Shown piece by piece: positions 19,312-29,075 of a DNA stretch of 64,000 nt (position 1 is the first letter of the stretch; the number at the start of each line of letters is the position of its first letter). A program made the position numbers and the translations under genes. This DNA is from Bacteroidota bacterium (lineage in GTDB: Bacteria > Bacteroidota > Bacteroidia > SXHM01), in contig CANKAM010000005.1 of NCBI GenBank assembly GCA_947479755.1, positions 52,187 to 116,186 of the forward strand. The letters are read 5' to 3'. Below the pieces are notes generated by a model, which was not told the origin of the DNA, ran no database searches, and was given only the letters and a program-made list of their open reading frames with translations.

Positions 19312-19902
19312 ATGAACCAACGTATTATTCTTGGCATTGACCCCGGAACAATTGTAATGGGTTACGGAATCATCCGCATCAAAGGCAACGAACCTGAGTT
19401 ACTGGCTATGGGTGTTTTAAAGTTAGACAAGTTTGAAGTGCACCACGACCGTTTGAAAAAGATTTTCGAAAGAACCTCTGCTATTATCAATGAGTACAAA
19501 CCTGAAGAAATGGCAATTGAAGCGCCTTTTTTCGGGAAGAATGTGCAGAGCATGTTAAAACTTGGTCGCGCACAGGGAACAGCAATTGCAGCAGCGCTCA
19601 ACAAAAGTATTGAGGTCGTAGAATATTCACCACGAAAAATAAAACAGAGCATTACCGGAAACGGAAGTTCCAGCAAAGAACAAGTGGCTGCGATGCTTTG
19701 CACTATTCTAAAACAAAAATCTTTTGCCGGTCCGCTGGATGCTACCGATGGATTAGCGGCTGCGGTGTGTCATTTTTTTCAGACACGACTTGGGCTTCCT
19801 AAATCAATTCAAAAGATTGAAGGCACAAAAAAAACAGGAAGAAAAAAAAATTATTCGGGTTGGGAAAGCTTTTTGTCGGAAAATCCTGACAGAAAGTTAT
19901 AG
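19312..19902 (+). CDS. ruvC: Crossover junction endodeoxyribonuclease RuvC
   Basis: ILGIDPGTIVMGYG N-terminus and overall RNase H-like RuvC pattern. Length 196 aa. Confidence 0.9.
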   Translation: MNQRIILGIDPGTIVMGYGIIRIKGNEPELLAMGVLKLDKFEVHHDRLKKIFERTSAIINEYKPEEMAIEAPFFGKNVQSMLKLGRAQGTAIAAALNKSIEVVEYSPRKIKQSITGNGSSSKEQVAAMLCTILKQKSFAGPLDATDGLAAAVCHFFQTRLGLPKSIQKIEGTKKTGRKKNYSGWESFLSENPDRKL

Positions 19903-19905
19903 TTC

Positions 19906-20658
19906 TTAAAGAAAACTATTCAACAACTTGCCTGATTCAAGCAACTTGTGCAGATAGGGCTCATAAAGAACACGTGCACGTATAGCTTCCAAATGTTTAT
20001 CGTGGTGCATATCGGTTCCCAATAAATCAATCATTCCTAGGTTCACTAATTGTTCGGCAGTTTTATTCACCTCTTTTGAATAATACTGCGTTAATGACAA
20101 AATATTGAGTTGCAGCAATGCACCCATATCTTTTATGCGCTCATATTTCTCCATATTCCCATGCCAATATGGATAACGTTCAGGATGTGCAAGAATAGGT
20201 TTATAACCGGCAACAACTAGATTGAAAATTGCTGACTCCAAATTATCGGGTGGATTTAGAAAAGAAACCTCAATCAATATGTATTTACCTGAAAAAGTAA
20301 GCACTTCTCCCCTCTTTAGTCTTTCGCCAAACTCAAAATCAACATAATATTCACTTGCAGCTTCCAACTGAATGTCGATGTTATTTTTCTTCAGTTCCTC
20401 ACGCACCTTTTCCAAACCACCCAAAATAATTTCCGGTGTGTTTTTATAGTAATCACTCATGGTATGAGGAGTGGTTACAATTTTTTTGTAACCCAACTCT
20501 TTCATGCCACGAATAAGACGGATAGAATCTTCCAAAGTCTGAGCACCATCATCAATTCCCGGAATAAAATGCGAGTGCATGTCGGTTTTTAAAACAGATA
20601 GATCTACAGGAGATGAGGTTAACTTTTTCCTATTGAATAACCCTGAAAAGAATGACAT
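19906..20658 (-). CDS. PHP-domain Mn-dependent protein-tyrosine phosphatase (CpsB/YwqE-like, capsule/EPS regulation)
   Basis: DMHSHFIPGIDDG N-terminal motif and HPERY motif characteristic of CpsB-type PHP phosphatases. Confidence 0.8.
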   Translation of the reverse strand: MSFFSGLFNRKKLTSSPVDLSVLKTDMHSHFIPGIDDGAQTLEDSIRLIRGMKELGYKKIVTTPHTMSDYYKNTPEIILGGLEKVREELKKNNIDIQLEAASEYYVDFEFGERLKRGEVLTFSGKYILIEVSFLNPPDNLESAIFNLVVAGYKPILAHPERYPYWHGNMEKYERIKDMGALLQLNILSLTQYYSKEVNKTAEQLVNLGMIDLLGTDMHHDKHLEAIRARVLYEPYLHKLLESGKLLNSFL

Positions 20659-20666
20659 GAGAAGGA

Positions 20667-21665
20667 TTAAACCTGTTCAGGCTTTCTTGTTTTGAACCAG
20701 TTGAGTGTTATTTCCAATCCCTTTTCCACTTTAGTGGCTGGAGCATACTCTAAATATTTTTGTGCCTTGCTAATGTCTGCAAGCGAGTTGCGAATATCAC
20801 CTTCCCGCTCTTCTCTATAAGTAGGATTGATTTCAGACGCTGTTAGCTTTTTTAATGTATTGAAAAGCAGATTAATTGAAATCCTTTCTGCTACTGCCAC
20901 ATTATAAACCTTTCCGGTTGCGTCTTCAACCTTTGTGAAAAGAGCCCTGATATTTGCCTGCACTGCATTTTCCACAAAAGTAAAATCTCGTGTCTGCTCA
21001 CCATCACCATTGATGAAAGGACTTTTATTGTTCAGCAAAGCATCCATAAACAATGGAATAGCTGCAGCATAGGGTCCGTCTGGTTTTTGTCTTGGCCCAA
21101 AAATATTGAAGTAACGCAAACCAATAACTTCCATCTTGTAAGTGCGAGAAAAAACATCTGCATATAACTCATCTACAACTTTTGAAACTGCATAGGGAGA
21201 AAGTGGCTTGCCGATTTTCTCTTCTTTCTTTGGCAAGTCAGGACTATCGCCATAAACAGAAGATGAACTAGCGTATACAAAACGTTTAATTCCTGAATCT
21301 TTTGCAGCAGTCAGCATGTTTAAAAAACCAGTAACATTGGCTTCATTAGTAGCTACCGGATTTTTGATAGAACGCGGAACGGATCCTAAAGCGGCCTGAT
21401 GCAAAACATAATCTATTCCTTCGCAATTTTTCAAACAGGTTGCATAATCGGCAATGCTGCCTCCAACAAATTCGTAGTTGGAATTATTGAGAAACATTTC
21501 AACATTTTCACGCAAACCTTCGCTCAGGTTATCCAACACACGAACTTTTCCGGCACCGGACTTCAGCAAATACTCGACAATATTGGAACCAATAAAACCA
21601 GCTCCTCCTGTTACCAGAAATGAATTGCCTGAAATATCTTCGGAATGAAATTTTTGCTCGTACAT
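20667..21665 (-). CDS. NAD-dependent nucleotide-sugar epimerase (TviC/WbpP-like; UDP-GlcNAc(A) C4-epimerase family)
   Basis: GGAGFIGSN Rossmann motif and YAVSK catalytic YxxxK. Located in a WbpA/WbpB/WbpD-type cluster. Confidence 0.75.
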   Translation of the reverse strand: MYEQKFHSEDISGNSFLVTGGAGFIGSNIVEYLLKSGAGKVRVLDNLSEGLRENVEMFLNNSNYEFVGGSIADYATCLKNCEGIDYVLHQAALGSVPRSIKNPVATNEANVTGFLNMLTAAKDSGIKRFVYASSSSVYGDSPDLPKKEEKIGKPLSPYAVSKVVDELYADVFSRTYKMEVIGLRYFNIFGPRQKPDGPYAAAIPLFMDALLNNKSPFINGDGEQTRDFTFVENAVQANIRALFTKVEDATGKVYNVAVAERISINLLFNTLKKLTASEINPTYREEREGDIRNSLADISKAQKYLEYAPATKVEKGLEITLNWFKTRKPEQV

Positions 21666-22742
21666 CTATCTTATAACGTATTGTTGCTCGTAATATTTCT
21701 GGTAAGCTCCTGAAGTAACATGATTGAGCCATTCTTCATTGGCAAGGTACCAGTCAACAGTTTTTTCCAAACCTTGCTCAGGCTTTACAGAAGGTTTCCA
21801 ACCTAAATCATTTTGCAGTTTAGTTGAGTCAATAGCATAACGCAAATCATGCCCTGCTCTGTCCTTCACATAGGTTATCAGTTTCTCTGAATCACCTTCT
21901 GCACGACCTAACTTGCTGTCCATTATTTTACAGAGCAAACGAATTAAGTCAATATTTTTCCACTCATTGTTTCCGCCCACGTTGTAGGTTTCGCCAACTT
22001 TTCCTGTATGAAAAATAGTATCAATTGCAGAGGCATGATCTTCTACATACAACCAATCACGCACATTCTCACCTTTTCCGTAAACAGGAACAGGCTTGTT
22101 ACTTTTGATATTATTAATAGCTAACGGAATTAATTTTTCAGGAAAATGATGTGAGCCGTAATTGTTTGAACAATTTGAAATCACAATTGGCAAACCAAAT
22201 GTGTCATAATAAGCACGAACAAAATGATCAGAACTTGCTTTAGATGCTGAATACGGACTGTGTGGATCGTATTTGGTTTCTTCTGTAAAATGGCCTTCAG
22301 CGCCAAGGCTTCCATAAACTTCATCTGTACTTACATGATAAAAAAGCTTTCCTTCTGTTTTATTATCTAAGGATGTATTCCAATGATGCTTTGCAGCGTT
22401 TAAGAGTGTTACTGTACCGATTACATTAGTCACAACAAACTCAATCGGGTTTGAAATAGAACGATCAACATGGCTTTCTGCTGCAAGATGAATTACTCCG
22501 TCAAAATTGTATTGCTCAAATATTTTTTGAAGAAAGGCAGAGTCAAGAATATCTCCTCTTTCAAAAACATAATTTTGTTTTTGCTCAATATCTTTTAAGT
22601 TTTCAAGATTACCTGCGTAAGTCAGTTTATCCAGATTTACAATCTTATAATCAGAATATTTATTTACAAACAAACGCACTACATGTGAGCCGATAAAACC
22701 TGCTCCGCCTGTGATTAGAATAGTCTTTTTAAATCCACTCAT
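21666..22742 (-). CDS. rfbB: dTDP-glucose 4,6-dehydratase
   Basis: ILITGGAGFIGSH, and TDEVYG and YSASKASSDHFVRAY motifs. TAATG start/stop overlap with galE. Confidence 0.85.
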   Translation of the reverse strand: MSGFKKTILITGGAGFIGSHVVRLFVNKYSDYKIVNLDKLTYAGNLENLKDIEQKQNYVFERGDILDSAFLQKIFEQYNFDGVIHLAAESHVDRSISNPIEFVVTNVIGTVTLLNAAKHHWNTSLDNKTEGKLFYHVSTDEVYGSLGAEGHFTEETKYDPHSPYSASKASSDHFVRAYYDTFGLPIVISNCSNNYGSHHFPEKLIPLAINNIKSNKPVPVYGKGENVRDWLYVEDHASAIDTIFHTGKVGETYNVGGNNEWKNIDLIRLLCKIMDSKLGRAEGDSEKLITYVKDRAGHDLRYAIDSTKLQNDLGWKPSVKPEQGLEKTVDWYLANEEWLNHVTSGAYQKYYEQQYVIR

Positions 22743-23773
22743 TATTTATTTTTCTCTTTTAAAGCAAGTTCCCATTTCCAGGCCGTATCAAGCATTTGCT
22801 CTAAACCACGTTCTGCTTTCCAACCTAATTCATTGTTTGCAAGATTGGTGTCGGCATACATTTGCATGATGTCTCCATCGCGTCTGCCAACTACTTCATA
22901 ATTCAATTTCACTCCTGATACTTTTTCAAATGCTTTCACCACATCTAAAACTGAATATCCAACTCCTGTTCCAAGGTTAAACACTTCATAAGGTGACTGA
23001 ATTTTTAAATTTATCATTCGCTCCAACGCAATGATGTGGGCTTTTGCCAAATCAACAACATGAATAAAATCACGGATGCACGAACCGTCTTCTGTTTCAT
23101 AATCTCCGCCAAACACTTTTAGTTTATCTCTTTTACCAATTGCCGTTTGAGTAACAAATGGAATCAGATTATTAGGAATTCCTATCGGCAACTCGCCAAT
23201 CAAAGCACTTTCGTGTGCTCCTGTCGGGTTGAAATAGCGCAAAGCAATACCTTCTAACTTTTCATTATTGGCTGAAATAGTTTCTTCCAGTATTTCTTCA
23301 CAAAGCTGCTTGGTGTTGCCATAAGGCGAAGCTGCTTTCTTTATTGGTGCATGCTCATCAACAGGCAAATAATCAGGCTCGCCATAAACCGTGCATGAAG
23401 AACTGAACACAATAAATTTTATTGAGTTCTCCAACATGCACTCTAATAAATTCACAAAAGAAAAAAGGTTGTTTCTGTAATACAACAAAGGATTATCAAC
23501 CGATTCCCCAACTGCTTTTTTTGCTGCAAAATGAATAACAGCTTTTATGTCTTTATGCCGGCTGAAAAATTCTTTCAGTTTGTTTTTATCGCACAAATCA
23601 AACTGCTCAAATTCAGGCTTAACACCTGCAATTTTTTCAATTGAATCCAAAACATCAGCAGATGAGTTAGAAAGGTCATCAATAATTACAACCTCATAAT
23701 TCTTCTGCAGCAATTCAACAACTGTATGAGAGCCGATGAAACCTGTACCGCCTGTTACTAATACTTTTGTCAT
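22742..23773 (-). CDS. galE: UDP-glucose (or UDP-GlcNAc) 4-epimerase
   Basis: VLVTGGTGFIGSH and YGNTK catalytic motif. The ATG is at 23771-23773 (MTKVLVTGG) with TAATG coupling to the upstream dehydrogenase. The longer ORF in the track starts on TTG. Confidence 0.75.
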   Translation of the reverse strand: MTKVLVTGGTGFIGSHTVVELLQKNYEVVIIDDLSNSSADVLDSIEKIAGVKPEFEQFDLCDKNKLKEFFSRHKDIKAVIHFAAKKAVGESVDNPLLYYRNNLFSFVNLLECMLENSIKFIVFSSSCTVYGEPDYLPVDEHAPIKKAASPYGNTKQLCEEILEETISANNEKLEGIALRYFNPTGAHESALIGELPIGIPNNLIPFVTQTAIGKRDKLKVFGGDYETEDGSCIRDFIHVVDLAKAHIIALERMINLKIQSPYEVFNLGTGVGYSVLDVVKAFEKVSGVKLNYEVVGRRDGDIMQMYADTNLANNELGWKAERGLEQMLDTAWKWELALKEKNK

Positions 23774-25062
23774 TACAAGCTCCAATAAGTAAGTTTCTTG
23801 ATTTTGTCTTTGTAGATTCCTTTAATATCAACTACAATTCCTTTGCCTTCAGTTATGGAGTCAAAATAATCTTCAGTTAATGAAAGATAATCTTTATGAT
23901 TTACCGCAACAATCACGGCATCATAATCATTAGCAATGTTGTCGGTCAATTCAAAACCATATTCGTGTTTTAAATCTTTTGATGAAGCATGCGGATCAAC
24001 CACCTCTACTTTCACACCAAAATCATTCAACTCTTTTATAACATCAGCAACTTTAGAATTACGAATGTCGGAAACATTTTCTTTAAAGGTAGCACCCATA
24101 ACCAACACTTTTGCATTACCGGCTTCGCCTGTTTTTGCAATAATTTTCTTTAGCGTTTCACGTGCAATGTATGCACCCATGCCATCGTTTACATCACGAC
24201 CTGAAGTAATCACCTTTGAATGGTAACCCAATTCACGTGCCTTGTGAGTAAGGTAATAGGGATCAACACCAATGCAATGACCTCCAACCAAACCGGGGAA
24301 AAATTTCAGGAAATTCCATTTTGTTCCTGCCGCTTCAAGTACATCGTAAGTGTTAATTCCCATCTTGTTAAAAATGATGGAGAGTTCATTCATCAAGGCA
24401 ATATTTACATCGCGCTGAGTATTTTCAATAATTTTTGCAGCTTCAGCAACTTTGATGGACGGTGCGCGATGAGTTCCTGCCTTTACAACAATCTCATACA
24501 CTTTTGCAATATTGTCCAATGATTCAGCATCGCAACCTGAAACAACTTTAGTGATTTTAGTAATCGTATGCTCCTTATCTCCGGGATTAATTCTCTCAGG
24601 AGAATAACCAACTTTAAAATCAGTTATGAATTTCAATCCTGACATTTCTTCCAATACAGGGATGCAATCTTCTTCTGTGCATCCAGGATAAACAGTAGAT
24701 TCATAAACTACATAATCACCTTTCTTCAGTGCTTTACCAACCGATTTTGAAGCTGACAAAACGGGAATTAAATCCGGCAAATTATGTTCATCAATTGGAG
24801 TAGGAACGGCAACAATAAAAAAGTTTGCTGTTCTTAAAACATCAATGGAAGAAGTAAACGTAATATCACAACCATCAAAAGCAGAAGAAGGTAATTCTTC
24901 ACTCGGGTCTATTTTATTGCGCATTAATTCAAGACGTGCATCATTAATATCAAAACCAATAACAGGAACCGACTTTGCAAACTCAAGTGCAATTGGTAAA
25001 CCTACATAACCAAGTCCGATAAGAGCAACCTTCGCCTCTTTTTTGATTATTTTATCATACAT
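23773..25062 (-). CDS. UDP-sugar 6-dehydrogenase of the UDP-glucose/GDP-mannose dehydrogenase family (WbpA/TviB-like UDP-GlcNAc dehydrogenase)
   Basis: N-terminal Rossmann GLGYVGLP, GGHCI catalytic Cys region, 429 aa. Confidence 0.8.
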   Translation of the reverse strand: MYDKIIKKEAKVALIGLGYVGLPIALEFAKSVPVIGFDINDARLELMRNKIDPSEELPSSAFDGCDITFTSSIDVLRTANFFIVAVPTPIDEHNLPDLIPVLSASKSVGKALKKGDYVVYESTVYPGCTEEDCIPVLEEMSGLKFITDFKVGYSPERINPGDKEHTITKITKVVSGCDAESLDNIAKVYEIVVKAGTHRAPSIKVAEAAKIIENTQRDVNIALMNELSIIFNKMGINTYDVLEAAGTKWNFLKFFPGLVGGHCIGVDPYYLTHKARELGYHSKVITSGRDVNDGMGAYIARETLKKIIAKTGEAGNAKVLVMGATFKENVSDIRNSKVADVIKELNDFGVKVEVVDPHASSKDLKHEYGFELTDNIANDYDAVIVAVNHKDYLSLTEDYFDSITEGKGIVVDIKGIYKDKIKKLTYWSL

Positions 25063-25067
25063 AAATT

Positions 25068-26090
25068 CTATTTCTTTAAAGAGTAAATGCGTTCAATTAT
25101 ATCAACCACTTTCAGGCCTTCAAGAGCATTAGTGGTAATTGTGCTTCTTCCTTTCAGAGTATCCACAACATTCTGAATTAAAAAATGGTGATTGTTTGCT
25201 GAACCTTTGTAATCTCCGTAATCATTGGCTGGAGCAGTTTCTGCTAATTCAGGCAAGGTGTAATCTTTAATGTGGCAATACTCTACTTTATCCATGTATT
25301 GTCCACCAACTTTTACACTTCCTTTGCTGCCTATAACGGTAATACTGCTCTCCATATTTTTATCCCAAACAGAAGTAGAGAAACTGATGCTTCCCATTCC
25401 ACCGTTGATGAAGTTAAAATTCACAAAACCACTGTCTTCAAATTCAGTTAAATCCTTATGGTTGAAGTCTGCAAATTTTGCCTGAATATCAGTGATATCT
25501 CCAAATAGCCAATACAACAAATCAATCCAGTGCGAGAATTGCGTGAAAAGGGTTCCGCCATCTAATTCCTGCGTTCCTTTCCAGCCACCTTTTTTGTAAT
25601 AACGTTCATCACGATTCCAGTAGCAATTCAATTGAACCATGTACACATCACCTATAATTTTGCTGTCTACTATTTCTTTCATCCAAACACTGGGTGGCGA
25701 ATAACGGTTTTGCATTACACAAAAAACTTGTTTATGCATTTGCAGCGCCTTGAAAATAAGTTGCTCGCAATCCTGACGATGAAGTGCCATTGGCTTTTCA
25801 ACCACCACATGCTTATTAGCTTCCAGTGCGAGTAATGATTGGCTTGCATGTAAACCATTAGGAGTGCAAACACTCACCACTTCAACTTCGGGATGAGCAG
25901 CAAATAATTCTTCGGGGGTGCTGTAGAATTTTTCAGTTAAATCATTCAAACCAATTTTGTCTTTAGATTGAAGATCACAAACCGCAATCAGTTCAGTTTC
26001 CGGATTTCTACGAACCATTTCAGCATGACGCTTGCCAATGTGCCCTTGTCCTAAAACTGCAAATTTTATTTTCCTTCCGTCTTTATTCAT
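25068..26090 (-). CDS. Gfo/Idh/MocA-family oxidoreductase (WbpB/WlbA-like UDP-GlcNAcA 3-dehydrogenase)
   Basis: N-terminal FAVLGQGHIGKRH NAD-binding motif. Sits next to WbpA-like and WbpD-like genes. Confidence 0.7.
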   Translation of the reverse strand: MNKDGRKIKFAVLGQGHIGKRHAEMVRRNPETELIAVCDLQSKDKIGLNDLTEKFYSTPEELFAAHPEVEVVSVCTPNGLHASQSLLALEANKHVVVEKPMALHRQDCEQLIFKALQMHKQVFCVMQNRYSPPSVWMKEIVDSKIIGDVYMVQLNCYWNRDERYYKKGGWKGTQELDGGTLFTQFSHWIDLLYWLFGDITDIQAKFADFNHKDLTEFEDSGFVNFNFINGGMGSISFSTSVWDKNMESSITVIGSKGSVKVGGQYMDKVEYCHIKDYTLPELAETAPANDYGDYKGSANNHHFLIQNVVDTLKGRSTITTNALEGLKVVDIIERIYSLKK

Positions 26091-26674
26091 TTCGTTTTAG
26101 AAACTTTTTCGTTTTCTAACTTGTATTTCTCTTTGCTTTCTTCGCAAACTGCTGTTCCACTTTCATCAAAATTCAGGCGGTGACCATATTCACTCATCCA
26201 ACCTACCTGACGAGCAGGATTACCCACTACCAATGCATAATCCGGAACATCTTTAATAACCACCGTTCCTGCTCCTATGAATGCAAATTTTCCGACATCA
26301 TTTCCGCAAACAATAGTTGCGTTTGCACCGATTGAAGCACCTCTGCCAACATGTGTATGAGCATATTGTCCTCGCCTGTTTACTGCGCTGCGCGGGTTAC
26401 GCACATTGGTAAAGACCATTGAAGGACCAAGGAACACATCATCATCGCAGGTTACCCCAGTATAAATAGAAACGTTGTTCTGAACCTTTACATTTTTACC
26501 AAGAATAACTCCCGGAGAAATCACACAATTCTGACCTATGTTACAGTTTTCACCTAACACGCAATCAGGCATAATATGCGTAAAGTGCCATATTTTAGTG
26601 CCCTTACCTATTTTGCAACCATCATCTACATACGATGATTCGTGGCAGAAAAACAATTCCGTATCCTTTGACAT
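26087..26674 (-). CDS. Left-handed beta-helix (hexapeptide-repeat) N-acetyltransferase, WbpD/WlbB-like
   Basis: 195 aa with repeated hexapeptide [LIV]G..... motifs and a typical WbpD-like size. 4-nt overlap with the oxidoreductase gene. Confidence 0.7.
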   Translation of the reverse strand: MSKDTELFFCHESSYVDDGCKIGKGTKIWHFTHIMPDCVLGENCNIGQNCVISPGVILGKNVKVQNNVSIYTGVTCDDDVFLGPSMVFTNVRNPRSAVNRRGQYAHTHVGRGASIGANATIVCGNDVGKFAFIGAGTVVIKDVPDYALVVGNPARQVGWMSEYGHRLNFDESGTAVCEESKEKYKLENEKVSKTK

Positions 26675-26720
26675 TTAATCTCCTTTTTACTTCGGGCGGC
26701 AAATGTAGTAAAATCCTATA

Positions 26721-27881
26721 CTATTCTATTATAGGTGCACGCTCAAAAGGAATGCTTTCGTCCAGCATTTTGCGGCAGGTTATGTAGGTGCGCCATTTAG
26801 TACATTCTAAATTATCAATTACTTTGAGCATTTTAGGGTTAAAATCTCCTATCCAGGTCAGAATTACATGCAAATACTTTTTCTTTGGATAAACCACGGT
26901 TTCAGCATATTTAATCATCAACCCTTCAATTCCTTTTCCCTGATGCTCCTTAGCAACTCCAAACACAATACTATACATGGTTTTACATTCACCGCGCAAC
27001 TTGTGATACATAAACTTTACTTTACCCCACCAGTTAAGATTTCCATTTACATATTTGAATAAAGAATTTAATTCAGGAATACTGATATAAAAACCAACCG
27101 GAGTTTCATGATGATAAGCAAAATAAACAATGTCCGGATCTAATACAGGCTTAAGTTTTTGCATAATATTCTTAGCCTGAGCAGATTCCATTGGCTTGAA
27201 ACCAGCATGTCCTCCCCAGGCATTATTATAGATTATTCGAAAATCTTCAGCAAACTTATTCAATTGTTTAGGGTCAAGACAACGAACTGAGTACCCTTGT
27301 TCATTAAGGCTTTTTGACTTACGTATAAAAATCTCTTGTGCCGGAAGATAAACCGGACGGTAATAGCAATATTGTTCATAATAAGTCTTAAAACCATAAT
27401 CATCAAAGAACTTACGGTAATAAGGTGGATTGTAATTCATCCCGTAGGTGGCCGGACTTTCAAAATTGGTAATCATCAAGCCCCAGAACTGGTCTTTTTC
27501 GCCAAAGTTGATGGGGCCATCCATTGCCTTCATGCCTCGCTCTGCATTCCATTCAGCGCATTTATCAAACAACATTTTTGCAGCAGCGGCATCATCTATA
27601 CATTCAAAAAATCCAAAACCGCCTGTAGGTTGCTTAAATGTATCGGAAAGTCTGCGGTTGATAAAAGTAGCTACGCGACCAATTGTTTTCCCGCTGTCAT
27701 CTTTCAGGATAAAGCGAGTTGCTTCGCCATAGCGGAAAAATTTATTCTTTTTCGGGTCAAATATCTTTTGAATATCCTGACGGATATGAGGTATCCAGTT
27801 CGGGTCGTTCTTATAGATAAGGCGAGGCATTTCAAGGAAATCTTCCTCGTGATGGTTGGTCTTTACTTCAATTATTTGCAT
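26721..27881 (-). CDS. GNAT-like acyl/acetyltransferase-fold protein (about 387 aa)
   Basis: Probable start MQIIEV at 27879-27881. Carries a QGKGIEG acyl-CoA-binding-type motif. Exact family is uncertain. Confidence 0.45.
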   Translation of the reverse strand: MQIIEVKTNHHEEDFLEMPRLIYKNDPNWIPHIRQDIQKIFDPKKNKFFRYGEATRFILKDDSGKTIGRVATFINRRLSDTFKQPTGGFGFFECIDDAAAAKMLFDKCAEWNAERGMKAMDGPINFGEKDQFWGLMITNFESPATYGMNYNPPYYRKFFDDYGFKTYYEQYCYYRPVYLPAQEIFIRKSKSLNEQGYSVRCLDPKQLNKFAEDFRIIYNNAWGGHAGFKPMESAQAKNIMQKLKPVLDPDIVYFAYHHETPVGFYISIPELNSLFKYVNGNLNWWGKVKFMYHKLRGECKTMYSIVFGVAKEHQGKGIEGLMIKYAETVVYPKKKYLHVILTWIGDFNPKMLKVIDNLECTKWRTYITCRKMLDESIPFERAPIIE

Positions 27882-27898
27882 GGCCGAAAAGTAGGAAA

Positions 27899-27930
27899 TT
27901 GTTTGTAATTGAGAATAAATACTACATTTG
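27899..27930 (+). promoter_or_regulatory. Bacteroidota sigma-A-type promoter for rpsP (-33 TTG, -7 TACATTTG)
   Basis: TTG at 27899-27901, a 21-nt spacer, then TACATTTG at 27923-27930, matching the TAnnTTTG -7 consensus. Start codon is 30 nt downstream. Confidence 0.35.
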
Positions 27931-27959
27931 CACCCCTTAATCAAAAAAAACATAAACAA

Positions 27960-28529
27960 ATGCCTGCAAAAATCAGATTACAGAGACATGGGAAAAAAGG
28001 TTTAGGCCTGTTCCACATTGTCGTTGCGGATGGTCGTGCACCACGAGACGGAAAGCTCATCGAGCGCATAGGCACCTACAATCCCAACACCAATCCAGCT
28101 ACCATTGACATCAACTCCGACAAGGCGTTGACCTGGTTGCAAAACGGGGCGCAGCCTACGGATACCTGCCGCGCCATTCTTTCTTACAAAGGAGTTCTTT
28201 ATCGCCAGCACCTGCAAGGTGGGGTTGCTAAAGGAGCCTTCACACAAGAAGAAGCCGATAAACGCTTTGAAAAATGGACGAACGAAAAACAAGGTAAAAT
28301 TGACGCTAAACGCGGAACCCTTGCTTCTTCATATGTTGCAGAAGCAAAGAAACGCATGGAAGCTGAACAAGCCCGCAAAGAAGCTGTATCTCAAAAAGTA
28401 GCTGAAAAAACTTCTGCGCTTGCTGCCGAAGCTGAGGCTGCTGTTGCCGCTGCTCCTGTAGCAGAAGTAACTGAAGAAGCTGCTGCTGCTGAGGCTACTG
28501 CTGAAAACGAAGCTCCTGCTGCCGAGTAA
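27960..28529 (+). CDS. rpsP: 30S ribosomal protein S16 with an Ala/Glu-rich C-terminal extension
   Basis: MPAKIRLQRHGKKGLGLFHIVVADGRAPRDGKLIERIGTYNP is canonical S16. ATG at 27960. Confidence 0.9.
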   Translation: MPAKIRLQRHGKKGLGLFHIVVADGRAPRDGKLIERIGTYNPNTNPATIDINSDKALTWLQNGAQPTDTCRAILSYKGVLYRQHLQGGVAKGAFTQEEADKRFEKWTNEKQGKIDAKRGTLASSYVAEAKKRMEAEQARKEAVSQKVAEKTSALAAEAEAAVAAAPVAEVTEEAAAAEATAENEAPAAE

Positions 28530-28535
28530 TATCGT

Positions 28536-29054
28536 GTGAGCGTGGAACGGACGCTGTTTGGCAAGATTGTAAGAACGTACGGTAACAGCGGTGCACTTGT
28601 AATCAAACAAGACAGTTTCAGTAAAGCAAAACTAAAAAATGCGGAACCGGTATTTGTGGATATATCCCCAACACCGGTTCCGTTTTTTATTGAACAGTTG
28701 CTGCACCAAAGCAACGATTTAATTACCCTCAAATTTGAGTTTGTAAACACGCCTGAACAGGCTGCGCGCCTTTGCGGACTGAACGTTCTTATTGACCGCA
28801 AGAAAGTAGTTGCCTCTAAAGAATTTCAGCCGAATGATATAATCGGATACAGCGTTATAGATGCTGAACATGGCGATATCGGCACCATTAGCGGGCTTCT
28901 TGAAATGCCTCAGCAAATTCTTTTCCAGATTGATAATAAGGGCAAGGAAATTCTTATTCCCGCCAACGAGAATTTCGTGAAAAAGATTGACCACAAAAAT
29001 AAAAAAGTGGAGATTGCGGCTCCTGACGGATTAATAGATTTATATTTGTCTTGA
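28536..29054 (+). CDS. rimM: 16S rRNA processing protein RimM
   Basis: Conserved rpsP-rimM synteny. N-terminal domain VIDAEHGDIGTISGLLEMPQQILFQI plus a PRC barrel. GTG start. Confidence 0.85.
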   Translation: MSVERTLFGKIVRTYGNSGALVIKQDSFSKAKLKNAEPVFVDISPTPVPFFIEQLLHQSNDLITLKFEFVNTPEQAARLCGLNVLIDRKKVVASKEFQPNDIIGYSVIDAEHGDIGTISGLLEMPQQILFQIDNKGKEILIPANENFVKKIDHKNKKVEIAAPDGLIDLYLS

Positions 29055-29075
29055 AACCAACTCAACGGTACGCTT

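Noticed and set aside
27336-27908. 190-aa and 94-aa plus-strand ORFs
   Set aside because: Antisense to the GNAT-like gene 26721..27881, and no motifs.
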